DNA of 64,000 nucleotides from an uncultured Gammaproteobacteria bacterium (GTDB taxonomy: Bacteria > Pseudomonadota > Gammaproteobacteria > UBA9214): NCBI GenBank assembly GCA_963827755.1, contig CAWHCQ010000009.1, positions 1 to 64,000 on the forward strand, written 5' to 3'. The translations under genes and the position numbers were made by a program. Under the pieces are notes generated by a model. The model was given only the letters and a program-made list of their open reading frames with translations. It made no database searches and was not told the DNA's origin. Positions 32,165-42,713 of this stretch are shown one piece after another (within the stretch, counting starts at the first letter, position 1; each line of letters starts with the position of its first letter).

Positions 32165-32806
32165 CTACGCCCCCTCGCTCCCCCGGCGCTGCAGGTACCC
32201 CGCAACCGCCCCCTTCGGCACCCGCGACAGTTCCTGCATCAATGACAGGGGAATATCCCGAATAGAATGCTGTTCCCCGATATCCTCCAGCATCTGCAGC
32301 CACAAATGCGCCGTCATTTCGGCATCGGCCAGCGCCCGGTGAAAGGTACCGCTGCAGGGCAGGCGCTTGTACTCCACCAGTGTCCCCAGCTTGTGGCAGG
32401 GCGCATTCGGATATACACGGCGCGACACCAGCATGGAACAGGCAAATTCACCCGAATAGCCACGCCGTATGCGTTGCAGTTCGGCATCGAGGAAACGCCG
32501 GTCAAACGAGGCGTTATGGGCCACCATATCGAAATCCCCGATGAATCTCCTGAATTCAGCCATCACCGTCTCGCACGACGGGGCCTCGCGCAACATGGCA
32601 TTGGTGATTCCGGTATAGCCCTCGATGAAGGAACTGACCCGCCGGTTCGGATTCATCAGCTGCTGGAAGCGGTCGGTAATCCTGCCGTTCTCGATGCGCA
32701 CCGCGCCGATCTCGATGGCGCGGTCACCCTGGTCAGGCGACAGGCCCGTGGTCTCGAAGTCGAGCACAATGACGGTATCGGCTTTTCTATGCCTGTCGCT
32801 ATTCAT
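32165..32806 (-). CDS. DEDDh 3'-5' exonuclease (DnaQ-like)
   Basis: [22 protein letters not shown]. Confidence 0.9.
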   Translation of the reverse strand: MNSDRHRKADTVIVLDFETTGLSPDQGDRAIEIGAVRIENGRITDRFQQLMNPNRRVSSFIEGYTGITNAMLREAPSCETVMAEFRRFIGDFDMVAHNASFDRRFLDAELQRIRRGYSGEFACSMLVSRRVYPNAPCHKLGTLVEYKRLPCSGTFHRALADAEMTAHLWLQMLEDIGEQHSIRDIPLSLMQELSRVPKGAVAGYLQRRGSEGA

Positions 32807-32878
32807 CACCCTGCCCGCTTAAACCGGCCTGCCGCCGTGTGTCTTCCCGCCAGGCGGCTGAAGGCACGGCTGCTGCGC

Positions 32879-33379
32879 TCAGATATTCCGGATTATCCGC
32901 ATCATGTCCAGGGTGGTGACGATGCCGGTCAGCTTTTTGTTGCGGGTTACAAACACGCGGTGAATATTTCCCTTCAGCATCGTCTCTGCAACGTCCTGTA
33001 CACGGGTGTCCTCGCTGACCTCGAAAATCATCGGGGTCATGATGTCCCGTACCTGGACCGGTGATTCATACTCGGTGTGGAAGGTCTTGATTTCCTCCCG
33101 GCTCATGTGGCGCTCGAGTTCAAACAGGTAGACATCATGTGTCGTCTCCGAACCCTGGTTGCTGCCCGTCACCCTGTTCTGGCGCACGATATCCGTCATC
33201 GATACCACGCCCACCAGCTCACCGTCCGCCGTCGTGACGGGGGCCCCGGAGATGCTGTTATCAACCAGGAAATCGGCCAGTTTGTCCAGCGGCCAGTCTG
33301 CTTCAGCGGCAAGCACCTCGCTGTTCATCACTTCACTGACCGAAATATCCCCGGCCTTTTCTTGCGTTTGATTCATCAT
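32879..33379 (-). CDS. CBS domain pair protein
   Basis: ISGAPV, GVVSMTD, IHRVFV, GIVTTLD. Confidence 0.88.
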   Translation of the reverse strand: MMNQTQEKAGDISVSEVMNSEVLAAEADWPLDKLADFLVDNSISGAPVTTADGELVGVVSMTDIVRQNRVTGSNQGSETTHDVYLFELERHMSREEIKTFHTEYESPVQVRDIMTPMIFEVSEDTRVQDVAETMLKGNIHRVFVTRNKKLTGIVTTLDMMRIIRNI

Positions 33380-33469
33380 TTTCTCCTCTATAGCCTCTCG
33401 ATAGAATAACGGGGCCGCCTATCATTCACAAAACCGGTGGCAGATACCAGCTTTCCCGGTAATTCCCGT

Positions 33470-34633
33470 TTATTCCCGGCGTGGCTTGCGCATATCGAGC
33501 AACGCCTGCATCGCGGCCAGCAATTGCGGCACATCATGCGCCTTCGGCCTGAAATCCACATGCGCAAGGCCGTCAATCAGGAACAGCTGCGCCTGCCCCG
33601 CCGGCAGTGCATTCGCCAGTGCAATGCTCTCGGTATAGGGAATCAGCCGGTCGCCACGCCCGTGCAGCAGGATAACCCCGGCCCGCAGGCGTGACAGGTC
33701 ATGGGCCGCAGGATTGATGCCCTCCAGTTCACTGCGCATGCGCGGCGCAAGCCTGTCCAGCAGCCCGGGGACCTCTGCCGGGAGATGATTGTCGAGCAGG
33801 TCATAAAAAGCCTGCGCATCCGCAGCCATGTGGCCGGGCAGCGGTTCATCCCCGTCCAGCTGGTCACCCGTGAGATACGCCGCGTAACGCCGAAAGAACT
33901 CGCGATCCACCGGCAGTTCCAGCAAATCCAGGTTCGAGCGAATGAAGGTCGCCCGGCTGTACGGATGGGGTGACAGGCGGCCCGTACTCGAGGCCGCCCC
34001 GAGCGCAGGCGCAACGTCGGGGTAATAACCGGTGGTGAGGAAGCTGACAACGTTCTCCAGTGAATAATACCCCCCCACCGCAAGCACGAAGCGGACTCGC
34101 TCGCGGATATCCGGCTCAAGCGCGGCCAGCAGCACCGGGCCTGCACCGTAGCTGAAGCCGGCGATACCGATATGCCCCGCCGGTGCAAGCGCCGGGCGCG
34201 AGGCCAGCCATGCAACACTGTCGGCCACATCGCGCACATCAGTGGCGCGCATCCGCTTCTGGCGCACCCCGGGGTTGTCCGCGACCAGCACCGTGAAGTC
34301 CAGGCGCACCAGGGTATTCGCCATGGCGACGACCCGCGCATCGCGCCGGCCGCGGGCCACCACGCCGGGGACCAGCACAATGGCGGCACGTGCGGCCTGC
34401 GCAGGCCGGTAGAGATCGGCCGCGCGCTCCTCGCCGCCCGTCACGAAGCTGACCGGTTCGCGCGCCGGTCGGGGCGCCAGCGCCATCAGGCGGCTGCCCG
34501 CCTGGCCGGAGGCCAGGTCTTCCAGTGCCAGCCCCGCCTCGCTATCGCCGAAATCAGGTGTGCTGCAGGCCTGCAGGCCGGCACAGAGGAGCAGCAGGAC
34601 AAGCGGGCAGATCGGGATGCGCAGTCCGCTCAT
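33470..34633 (-). CDS. Alpha/beta hydrolase fold lipoprotein
   Basis: Lipobox LQAC, GFSYG nucleophile elbow, HGRGD, LAHVD. Confidence 0.8.
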   Translation of the reverse strand: MSGLRIPICPLVLLLLCAGLQACSTPDFGDSEAGLALEDLASGQAGSRLMALAPRPAREPVSFVTGGEERAADLYRPAQAARAAIVLVPGVVARGRRDARVVAMANTLVRLDFTVLVADNPGVRQKRMRATDVRDVADSVAWLASRPALAPAGHIGIAGFSYGAGPVLLAALEPDIRERVRFVLAVGGYYSLENVVSFLTTGYYPDVAPALGAASSTGRLSPHPYSRATFIRSNLDLLELPVDREFFRRYAAYLTGDQLDGDEPLPGHMAADAQAFYDLLDNHLPAEVPGLLDRLAPRMRSELEGINPAAHDLSRLRAGVILLHGRGDRLIPYTESIALANALPAGQAQLFLIDGLAHVDFRPKAHDVPQLLAAMQALLDMRKPRRE

Positions 34634-34647
34634 GTCATTAGAACGCC

Positions 34648-35766
34648 TTAACCACCACCCCGGGGCATCAACCTTAGCAGCTGCCCGTCACGCTCATCGG
34701 TCAACAGGTAAAGCAACCCGTCCGGCCCCTGGCGGACATCGCGAATGCGGCCGAGTTCGTCTTCCAGCAGGCGTTCCTCGCGCACCACCTTCTCGCCATC
34801 AAGTTCCAGTCGCACCAGCAAGCGGAACTTCAGCGAACCAATGAAAAGGTTGCCCTGCCATTGCGGAAAACGCTTGCCCGTATAAAACGCCATGCCCGAG
34901 GGGGCAATCGACGGCACCCAGTAATGAACGGGTTGCGCCATGCCCGGCTTGTGCGTGCCTTCGCCGATACGCGTGCCAATGACATAGTTGACCCCGTAGG
35001 TAATCACCGGCCAGCCGTAATTGACACCGGCCGCTGCAATATTCAGTTCATCACCGCCCTGCGGCCCGTGTTCGTGGGTCCACACCCTGCCGCTGAGCGG
35101 ATGCAATGCCGCGCCCTGCATGTTGCGGTGACCATAGCTGTAGATCTCCGGTTTTTTGCCGGCGCTGTTTACGAACGGGTTGTCGGCCGGGATGCGGCCA
35201 TCGTCGTGCAGGCGAATCAGCGAGCCGGCATGGTCGTCAAGGTCCTGCGCACGCGGGCGATCACCGCGATCGCCGAGGGTGATGAACAGGAAGCCGTCGT
35301 TGTCGAACACCAGGCGTGAACCGAAATGCTGGCGCGCGCCGCTCTTCGGCAGCAGGCGGAAGATGACCTCGACCTGTTCAAGCCGGTGCCCGCGCAGCCG
35401 GCCGCGCGCCACGGCCGTGCCCGTGCCGCGGATGTCGCTCTCGGCAAAGGAAAAGTAGACCAGCCGGTTGTTGTTGAAGTCCGGATGCAGGGCCACATCA
35501 AGCAGTCCGCCCTGGCCGTGCTGGCGGATCGGCGGCAAACCGCCAATCGGCTCGGGGTGCAGCACTCCGGCAGCACTGATCAGCCGCAGTCGGCCGGCCC
35601 GTTCCGTGACCAGCATGCGTCCGTCCGGCAGAAAGGCCAGGCTCCAGGGATGTTCCAGGCCTGCGGTGACGGTCTCGTAGGTGAAGGCCGGGGCCTGGCC
35701 CGGCACGGCCTGCGCCGCAGGCAGCGCGACCAACAGGAAAAACAGGACTGCAAGACTTGTTCTCAT
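34648..35766 (-). CDS. PQQ-dependent aldose sugar dehydrogenase (YliI/GSDH family)
   Basis: HPWSLAFLPDG, GQGGLLDV, YGHRNMQG, EHGPQGGDE, NYGWP, IAPSG. Confidence 0.92.
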   Translation of the reverse strand: MRTSLAVLFFLLVALPAAQAVPGQAPAFTYETVTAGLEHPWSLAFLPDGRMLVTERAGRLRLISAAGVLHPEPIGGLPPIRQHGQGGLLDVALHPDFNNNRLVYFSFAESDIRGTGTAVARGRLRGHRLEQVEVIFRLLPKSGARQHFGSRLVFDNDGFLFITLGDRGDRPRAQDLDDHAGSLIRLHDDGRIPADNPFVNSAGKKPEIYSYGHRNMQGAALHPLSGRVWTHEHGPQGGDELNIAAAGVNYGWPVITYGVNYVIGTRIGEGTHKPGMAQPVHYWVPSIAPSGMAFYTGKRFPQWQGNLFIGSLKFRLLVRLELDGEKVVREERLLEDELGRIRDVRQGPDGLLYLLTDERDGQLLRLMPRGGG

Positions 35767-35896
35767 CGCTGCTGAAAGTCGAACCGGCCCCGCTTGCCTT
35801 GCCGCCTTAAACCCGTGAAGCCGGCGGCAAAAGATCAGCTTGTGCCTGTACGATTCAGCAGGCCCGTGCAGCGCATCATGGTCACAGGCCGGCGTG

Positions 35897-36742
35897 CTAT
35901 TTCCTCGGCGGGCATTGCGGATCCGACGACCAGACCAGCAGCGGCCGGTTGGCATGGCGCATGACATTGGCCGTCACCGAGTCCTCCAGCGGCCGGCGTT
36001 CGCCGCTAAGGCCGTGGGTCACCATGGCCACGATATCGATGTTGAGTTCATCGGTACGCTTGAGGATTTCCTGGATCGGGCGCAGGTGCGTTGAGCAATC
36101 CAGTTGCACCGAGATACCCTTGTTGGCGAGTTCGACGCCGTGGTGTCCGAGGAATTCCCTGCGCTTGCTTGCATCGGCCACGTCATCGCACTCCGGGTGA
36201 TCGTGGAACAAAACCACTTCAGAGTGATAGCGCTTGGCAAACTGCTCCACGCAGGGGAGTATGGCGGCCGATGTCTCTGTCCCGTCAAGCGGCACCAGCA
36301 TACGGCGGAACAGGTGGCCGTGCGGGGTGTTGCTGCTGTCGGCGCGGGTGGAATGCAGGATAAACAGCGGACAGGGGGACTGGCGGACCACATGCTCGGT
36401 AACACTGCCTTCGCGAATGTTTTCCAGTCCCGAGCGCCCGTGCGTCGACATCACCAGCAACGAGGCATTCACCTCCGTGGCATAACGGATAATTTCCTCG
36501 GTCGGGTCACCGCAGCGCAGCTCGGCATTGACCTTCCAGCCCCCGGCCTGCATCGCGTCATGGTACTTTTTCAGCAGGGGATGGTCGGCGGCATCGCCGG
36601 CGGCAGCAAGATCACTGCCTGGTTCCAGCACGTGCAGCAGATACAAATCAGGGGCTGACTCCTGTCCAAGTTCCTTGAGGTAGCTCAGCGTTTCAGCGAA
36701 TATCTCGGTACCGTCCACGGGCAAAACAATCCTGTCCAACAT
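35897..36742 (-). CDS. Tandem universal stress protein
   Basis: Two USP domains: IVLPVDG/MSTHGRSG/GSVT and MLVPLDG/MVTHG. Confidence 0.88.
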   Translation of the reverse strand: MLDRIVLPVDGTEIFAETLSYLKELGQESAPDLYLLHVLEPGSDLAAAGDAADHPLLKKYHDAMQAGGWKVNAELRCGDPTEEIIRYATEVNASLLVMSTHGRSGLENIREGSVTEHVVRQSPCPLFILHSTRADSSNTPHGHLFRRMLVPLDGTETSAAILPCVEQFAKRYHSEVVLFHDHPECDDVADASKRREFLGHHGVELANKGISVQLDCSTHLRPIQEILKRTDELNIDIVAMVTHGLSGERRPLEDSVTANVMRHANRPLLVWSSDPQCPPRK

Positions 36743-36931
36743 GCCAGACCTCCTCCGGTTAGCAGGGCGTTATTCGATCTTCTGTTTAATCACAGAATAG
36801 TAGCCCTTGTTCCCAAAGTCCACGCCAATCAAGCGCCAGGCAGCCGTTCGTGATGCGTTTGCATGCCCTGCCAGCGGCCGACGGCATTGCCGGGACAGAC
36901 CCCGTGGCGGGCTTGTTGCCGGTATCCCGGG

Positions 36932-38500
36932 CTACTTCCCGCGCCAGTGCAGGTGATAGAGGTCGTGACGCCGGTCACGCAGGTTTTTCACCGTGCCGCT
37001 GTTTCTTGCGGTGACCAGCGTCTCCGGGCGCAGGTCGGCAATCGCCACGGTCTCCACGTTGGGGGTCGTATCCGCCGCGATGCCGTCGCGGGAAAACGGA
37101 AAGTCGCAAGGGGTGAGGATACAGCTCTGCGCATACTGGATATCCATGTTGTGGACGTTCGGCAGGTTGCCGACATTGCCCGACATGACCACGTAGACCT
37201 GGTTTTCCACCGCACGGGCCTGGCAACAGTAGCGCACACGCAGGTAGCTTTGCCGTTCATCGGTACAAAACGGGACGAACAGCAACTGGATGCCCTGGTC
37301 AGTCAGGTGCCGCGCCAGTTCCGGAAATTCCGCGTCGTAACAAATCAGCACACCGATCGGCCCGCAATCCGTGTCAATGGCATTGAGCTTGCTGCCACCC
37401 TCGATATTCCACCAGTACTCCTCGTTCGGTGTCGGGTGGATCTTGGGCTGCTCGTGGATAGCGCCATTGCGCAGGAACACGTAGGAAATATTCTCCACCC
37501 GCCCCGACTCGACCCGCGTCGGATGTGACCCTCCGATGATATTGATGTTGTAGCGCAGCGCCATATCGCGCAGCGCTGCAGTGAAGCGCGGTGTGTACCT
37601 GGTCAGCGCCTCGATGGACTCGGCGGGCGTGAGCTGCTGGTCCTCGATGGACAGCAGTTGCAGGGTGAACAGTTCCGGGAAGACCACGAAATCACCCTTG
37701 TAGTCGGCCACCACGTCGACAAAGTAGGCGACGATCTCGAGGAACTCCTCGAACGAGCTCACGCGACGCTGCTTGTATTGCACGGTGCCGATACGAACGG
37801 TGTCCGGCATACGCTCGCCGTAGCCCCTTGTCTTTGCAGATGGCAGTGTTTCCGGGACCTTGGGGTTGCGCCAGACGAGGTGCACGCCGTAGCCCATCGA
37901 CTGGTGATCGACACCGAGGTAATCGGGGAGGATGCCAATGACCTCGAATTCGTTCCGCAACTGGAAGGACAGCACCGGGTCGCGCGCCTGCTTCGCCTTG
38001 ATCGCCTCGACATAGTCCACGACATTGCCGTATTTCCTGATGCGCCTGGCGAGCGTGGGCAGACGGCCGGCGAAGACAATGCCCTTGAGACCGAGTGACT
38101 GGCAGAGTTTCTTGCGTTCGTTATACAGGCGTTGTCCGAGCCGGTACCCCTGCAACTCCGGATCGACGCAAACCTCCATCCCGTAGAGCCAGTCGCCAGC
38201 GGGATCATGACGTGATGCATAGCCGTTGCCGGTGATCTCCACCCAGGTGTGGGGCTTGAGGCAGATCGCCTCGCTGATGCGAAAGGTGGCACAATAACCG
38301 ACCACCTTCTCGTCCAGCAGGACGACAAACTGGCCCTCGGGAAAATTGTTGATCTGGCCGGTGATGGCGCCTTCCGAGTAGCCGGTCAACCCGGTGCCGG
38401 CATACGCGCGGGTCGACAGCCGGGTGATCTCCGGCACATCGGCGGGCTGCGCATTGCGAATGCTCAGCTTGCTTGACTGGTTGGAAAGCTTGCCGCCCAT
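36932..38500 (-). CDS. Bifunctional GNAT acetyltransferase / carbon-nitrogen hydrolase
   Basis: N-terminal GNAT (VDPELQGYRLGQRLY); nitrilase triad in FPELF, QPKIH and ICYD. Confidence 0.9.
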   Translation of the reverse strand: MGGKLSNQSSKLSIRNAQPADVPEITRLSTRAYAGTGLTGYSEGAITGQINNFPEGQFVVLLDEKVVGYCATFRISEAICLKPHTWVEITGNGYASRHDPAGDWLYGMEVCVDPELQGYRLGQRLYNERKKLCQSLGLKGIVFAGRLPTLARRIRKYGNVVDYVEAIKAKQARDPVLSFQLRNEFEVIGILPDYLGVDHQSMGYGVHLVWRNPKVPETLPSAKTRGYGERMPDTVRIGTVQYKQRRVSSFEEFLEIVAYFVDVVADYKGDFVVFPELFTLQLLSIEDQQLTPAESIEALTRYTPRFTAALRDMALRYNINIIGGSHPTRVESGRVENISYVFLRNGAIHEQPKIHPTPNEEYWWNIEGGSKLNAIDTDCGPIGVLICYDAEFPELARHLTDQGIQLLFVPFCTDERQSYLRVRYCCQARAVENQVYVVMSGNVGNLPNVHNMDIQYAQSCILTPCDFPFSRDGIAADTTPNVETVAIADLRPETLVTARNSGTVKNLRDRRHDLYHLHWRGK

Positions 38501-38825
38501 AGATCTCTACCGTTTAACGCCGGCTGAATGTAAATAATCAGAACAGGGCCGGTGCCGGCTGACCCGCTGTTCTCCCTGAAAGACCGGTATCGCCCCCTGT
38601 TGTGTCTATAGAATACTTGAAATCTCACTCGAATACCCCGCCCCCCCTGAAGCATGCCCGCCTGCTGTGAAAACGACACCTGTTTGTTGCATGTATACAC
38701 GACGGCCTTTGCAGGAGCACAATCCGGAAATCGCTGTTGACAAATTCACACGGTGTTCTAGTTTTATAATGCACAGCGACACAAGGGACGACATCAGGCT
38801 CTCGCTACCAGCGGAGGAGCACGAG

Positions 38826-38938
38826 ATGAGCACGACAAATACGACAACCGGTCAGCCTGGTGATCTCCCCGGTCCCGACGGTTTCCTGGACAACACGCAG
38901 TCGTGGACCCGGGTGAAGAAGCCAGGGCCTGTATGTAA
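38826..38938 (+). pseudogene. Internally deleted TusE/DsrC-like sulfur relay gene remnant
   Basis: GAGGAG RBS; N-terminal DGFLDNTQSWTR overlaps, out of frame, a C-terminal DPGEEARACM-stop. Confidence 0.6.
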
Positions 38939-38971
38939 GGACTGGAAAACGATTCCGGCCTGGAGACAAGC

Positions 38972-39481
38972 ATGAAACGACGACTTTATTTTCTCATCCC
39001 CGATACCGGTCATGCGCAGGCCGTGGTAGACGACCTGGACGCATTCGGCATCAACACCGCTGCCATGCACGTCCTCGCGAAGCCGGGCATCGACCTGGGG
39101 GACCTGCCGGTCGCAACCGGCAGGCAACGCGCGGATACCGGCGCCCGGCTTGAAACCATCCTCTGGGACGGCAACCTGGCGATCTACTTCCTGGCCCTGT
39201 TTGCCCTGATCGCGATGTTATACCTGCAGTTTGCCTGGTACTGGCTGCTGCTGCCGGCAGCCGTCATGGTGGTGACCTTCCTGATGGGAATCATATTCAC
39301 TTCCCGGGTTCCCAATGTACACCTGTCCGAATTCCGCGATGCCATGCATCACGGTGAGCTCCTGCTGATGGTCGACGTCCCGCTCTGGCAGGTGCAGCGC
39401 GTCGAGACACTGGTACATACGCAGCACCCCGAGGCCACTGCCGGCGGCGTAAGCTGGCACATCGACGCCCTGCGCATCTAG
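38972..39481 (+). CDS. Membrane protein, DUF1269-like
   Basis: MKRRLYFLIPD, two TM segments, GELLLMVDVP. Confidence 0.7.
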   Translation: MKRRLYFLIPDTGHAQAVVDDLDAFGINTAAMHVLAKPGIDLGDLPVATGRQRADTGARLETILWDGNLAIYFLALFALIAMLYLQFAWYWLLLPAAVMVVTFLMGIIFTSRVPNVHLSEFRDAMHHGELLLMVDVPLWQVQRVETLVHTQHPEATAGGVSWHIDALRI

Positions 39482-39627
39482 ACGATTTTGCGGGTCACAT
39501 GACGGCCATGTGCAGGTGCGCGACGAAAGAATAGAAGTTGACAGGCAAACGCCGTGACCCGGCGTTAACGCATGCAGCAACCGTAAATAATTCAGGACAG
39601 GCCCGCAGGGTGCGTTGTGCACCCTGC

Positions 39628-40542
39628 CTATTTCCGGGGATGGCAGGTAAGCTGCCCGGCCTGCCCGAATAAAGCGACAGCATTTGAACACCCGATCTGG
39701 CGGGCAACAGCCTGCGGCAATTGCGCCAGCCAGCGCCTGTGAAACCCCCAGAACCGCGGCAACTCCTGCCAGCCGCTGTCATCTTCATCCCAGCTGTCGA
39801 GCTGCTCAACCGGCCACACCGGGTCCGACCCCGCCATGAACCGTTGCGGATACTTCAACAGCAGCGCCTTCCACTCCGGCAGCAGCAACCCGTCTTCATC
39901 GGTCAACGGATTATTCACGAAGCGCCAGGGGTCACGCGCACCCAGCCCGCCCCAGACATTGCCGCAGTTCGCAAGCACGCGGTCAACCGCCGCGGGCGCC
40001 AGCACGGCCCCGCTGTGTGCCCAGAGGATGCGCGTATCCGGAAATTGCCGGCACAGCTTCAACATGAAATCGGGCCGTGAAAACTCGGTATGTATCATCA
40101 CAGGCACATCGAACTCAGCGGCCAGCTTCAACAATTGCTGCAGCACCATGGCCTTCTCGAGCGGCGGTGTAAACCCGCCAATGACATGCAATTCACCGAT
40201 CCCCCGGTAACGGCCGGATGCCAGCGCCGCCCGCGCGCGCGTCACCGTGGTTTCGTCGCGTGCCCAGCGATGCCAGTCACCCCCCTCGCGGTAGGGGCTG
40301 AAGAGCGGCACGATCCTGCCCGGTGCCAGCGAGTGCAGCTGCAGTGCGAGTTCCGCCGGGGTCCCGATAACGACACCCATGACAATATGTTGCTGATCAA
40401 GCATGGCAATGGCATCAGCGGGGGTTGTTAATTCCCGCTGGGACCACTTGTAGTGCAGGTGCATGTCGGCGACGGGCTGCGCGACAAGAGACTGCGCCAG
40501 GCACAGTAGCCCGCAAAGCAGGCCGGATCGGCTGGATATCAT
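39628..40542 (-). CDS. Exported amidohydrolase family protein
   Basis: DMHLH, GIGELH, MIH, WAHSG, GSD motifs; signal peptide. Confidence 0.8.
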   Translation of the reverse strand: MISSRSGLLCGLLCLAQSLVAQPVADMHLHYKWSQRELTTPADAIAMLDQQHIVMGVVIGTPAELALQLHSLAPGRIVPLFSPYREGGDWHRWARDETTVTRARAALASGRYRGIGELHVIGGFTPPLEKAMVLQQLLKLAAEFDVPVMIHTEFSRPDFMLKLCRQFPDTRILWAHSGAVLAPAAVDRVLANCGNVWGGLGARDPWRFVNNPLTDEDGLLLPEWKALLLKYPQRFMAGSDPVWPVEQLDSWDEDDSGWQELPRFWGFHRRWLAQLPQAVARQIGCSNAVALFGQAGQLTCHPRK

Positions 40543-40591
40543 CGCTGTTCTGCGAGCTTTAAAAATTTTCCGGTTAAGGTACACTCTCGCC

Positions 40592-40726
40592 ATGAAAAGT
40601 GAAGCTCTCTTCATCATGTTTCTCATCGCGCCCTGGGCCCTGGTGCTGATTGTCCTGCTCATTTATCGCCGACGGCAAAAACGCAAGACGCTTAACGATT
40701 CCTCAAGTGGCCGGAAAAATCAATAG
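40592..40726 (+). CDS. Small single-TM protein (44 aa)
   Basis: Hydrophobic stretch followed by a basic RRRQKRK tail. Confidence 0.5.
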   Translation: MKSEALFIMFLIAPWALVLIVLLIYRRRQKRKTLNDSSSGRKNQ

Positions 40727-40821
40727 AAGATCGATCGGGTCATCCATTACCTGTCATTGATTATTGTGCCTGCTGGCTCCTCCAGACCGGGGCGTTGGTT
40801 TTTCTACCGGAGGCAGTACCG

Positions 40822-41436
40822 ATGTTGAAATTCGTAAGCAAGCACATTCTTACCGGGCTGGTAACCATTCTGCCTGTTGTACTCACGGTCTATCTTCTTT
40901 ACTGGTTTGCAGTATCGATAGAATCGATGCTGGGCAACATAATCCGCCACTGGCTTCCGCAAGACCTCTACTGGCCCGGCATGGGCTTCCTCGCCGGGCT
41001 GGTGCTCATGTTCATCGTGGGATTACTGATGCATGCCTATGTGGTCCAGGTGCTGTTCGCCATGGGTGAAAAAATCCTCTACCACACCCCGGTGATCAAA
41101 TCGATTTACCCGGCAATACGCGACTTCCTGAATTATTTTTCACCAAACAAGAAAAAAGAATTCAACAAGGTCGTGGCATTAACGCTCGGGGACAGCGGCA
41201 TGCAGGTGATCGGATTCGTCACCCAGGAAAACCCGGAAAACCTGCCTGAAGATTTTCGCCAGCAAGACAATGTCCTGGTCTACCTGCCCCTGAGTTACAT
41301 GATCGGGGGTTATGCCGTGCTGGTGCCGCGAAGCGCTATCCGCCCGGTCGGCATGAATATGGAGGAAGCGATGCGCTTCACGCTGACCGCCGGCGTTACC
41401 GGTGCTACCGGCCCGGCCTCCAGGAAGAGGAAATAA
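40822..41436 (+). CDS. DUF502 family membrane protein
   Basis: TGLVTILP, PVIKSIY, GFVT, VYLP, EEAMRF. Confidence 0.88.
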   Translation: MLKFVSKHILTGLVTILPVVLTVYLLYWFAVSIESMLGNIIRHWLPQDLYWPGMGFLAGLVLMFIVGLLMHAYVVQVLFAMGEKILYHTPVIKSIYPAIRDFLNYFSPNKKKEFNKVVALTLGDSGMQVIGFVTQENPENLPEDFRQQDNVLVYLPLSYMIGGYAVLVPRSAIRPVGMNMEEAMRFTLTAGVTGATGPASRKRK

Positions 41437-41560
41437 TCCCCTGCCGGGACCATCGCTGCGCTCCTTGTCCCGGCCTGCATAATGACTCGCCCTGTTACCG
41501 GGCAGGCCGGATCAAGTGCAGCGGATCCGGCGTTCGACGGGGTCGCTCAGTGATTAAACT

Positions 41561-42706
41561 TCAACGGCTGGTGAGCTTCAGTTCAATGCGCCGGTTGCGC
41601 CGGTAGGCCTCCGCGGTATCGCCATAGTCCAGCGGGTGGTGCTCACCAAACCCCGCCGCAACCAGGTGTTCCGGCGCTATGCCCTGCTCGATCAGGAACT
41701 TCACGATACTCAGGGCACGCGCGGTCGAGAGTTCCCAGTTGGACGGGAATGCGATGCGAATCGGCCGCTTGTCGGTGTGGCCGTCGACACGCAGCACCCA
41801 GTCGATGTCGTCCGGAATCTGCGCAGTGATTTCTCTCAGGGTGCGCGCCACTGTCGCGATCTCTCCCCTGCCCCCGCTGTCCAGCTCGGCCGATGCCGAG
41901 GAGAACAACACCTCGGACGGCAGGATAAAACGGTCGCCCTCGATGCGGATATCCGGACTGTCTTTGAGGGCGTCCCGCAACCTGCCAAAGAACTCGGAGC
42001 GATAGCCCGCCAGCTCCTCGACCTTGCGGGCCAGTGCGATATTCAGGCGGCGCCCGAGATTTTCGATCTCGACCTTCTGCGCCGACGCCCTGGCCTCCGA
42101 CACATCGAGCGCCTGGGTGATATTCAGCAGCTGCTGGCGCAGCGCCAGAATCTGCGCACTCAACTCATTGACCCGTATCTGTGCCTCGGCGGACAGTTGC
42201 TGCTGCTCCGACGCCTCCTGCCGGCTGTCCCTGAGTGCCGCCTGCAGGCCCTCGCGGGTTTGCTCGAGGCCGGCAATGCTCTGCTCTTGCTGCTCGATGC
42301 TGCTCTCGGCGGAGGCAATCCGCGCGCGTGCCGCCGCCAGCTCGGTGCGCAGCCGGTCAGACGCCGCGGTCGCTTCAACCGCGCGCAGGGTCACGACCTG
42401 CAGTTGCTGCGCCAGCCCGTCACGTTCCTGCACCATGCTGGCCAGCTCACCGGACAACGCCAGCAAGCGGCTTTCCAGTTCGCTCTTTTCGGTGCGCTCC
42501 AGCGACAGCACCGCGGACAGTTCCGCGATCTGGCTGCGCAGGCTGTCCAGGGCACGATCGCGCCCCACCAGGGCATCGGTCAGCGTGAACTGGCCCACCG
42601 AAAACAGCAACAGCACGAAGATGACGATCATCAGCAGGGCGGCGAGCGCGTCGACGAACCCCGGCCAGATATCGACGCCCCGGCGCCGGCGACTGACAAG
42701 TAACAT
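41561..42706 (-). CDS. MotB/OmpA family peptidoglycan-binding protein with a long coiled coil
   Basis: WPGFVDAL TM with Asp, VDGHTD, NWELSTARA, NRRIE. Confidence 0.9.
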   Translation of the reverse strand: MLLVSRRRRGVDIWPGFVDALAALLMIVIFVLLLFSVGQFTLTDALVGRDRALDSLRSQIAELSAVLSLERTEKSELESRLLALSGELASMVQERDGLAQQLQVVTLRAVEATAASDRLRTELAAARARIASAESSIEQQEQSIAGLEQTREGLQAALRDSRQEASEQQQLSAEAQIRVNELSAQILALRQQLLNITQALDVSEARASAQKVEIENLGRRLNIALARKVEELAGYRSEFFGRLRDALKDSPDIRIEGDRFILPSEVLFSSASAELDSGGRGEIATVARTLREITAQIPDDIDWVLRVDGHTDKRPIRIAFPSNWELSTARALSIVKFLIEQGIAPEHLVAAGFGEHHPLDYGDTAEAYRRNRRIELKLTSR

Positions 42707-42713
42707 GCTGTTG

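Noticed and set aside
38737-38770. Perfect TTGACA and TATAAT promoter boxes
   Set aside because: They are 22 nt apart, too far for one sigma70 promoter. A promoter is likely nearby but cannot be placed.
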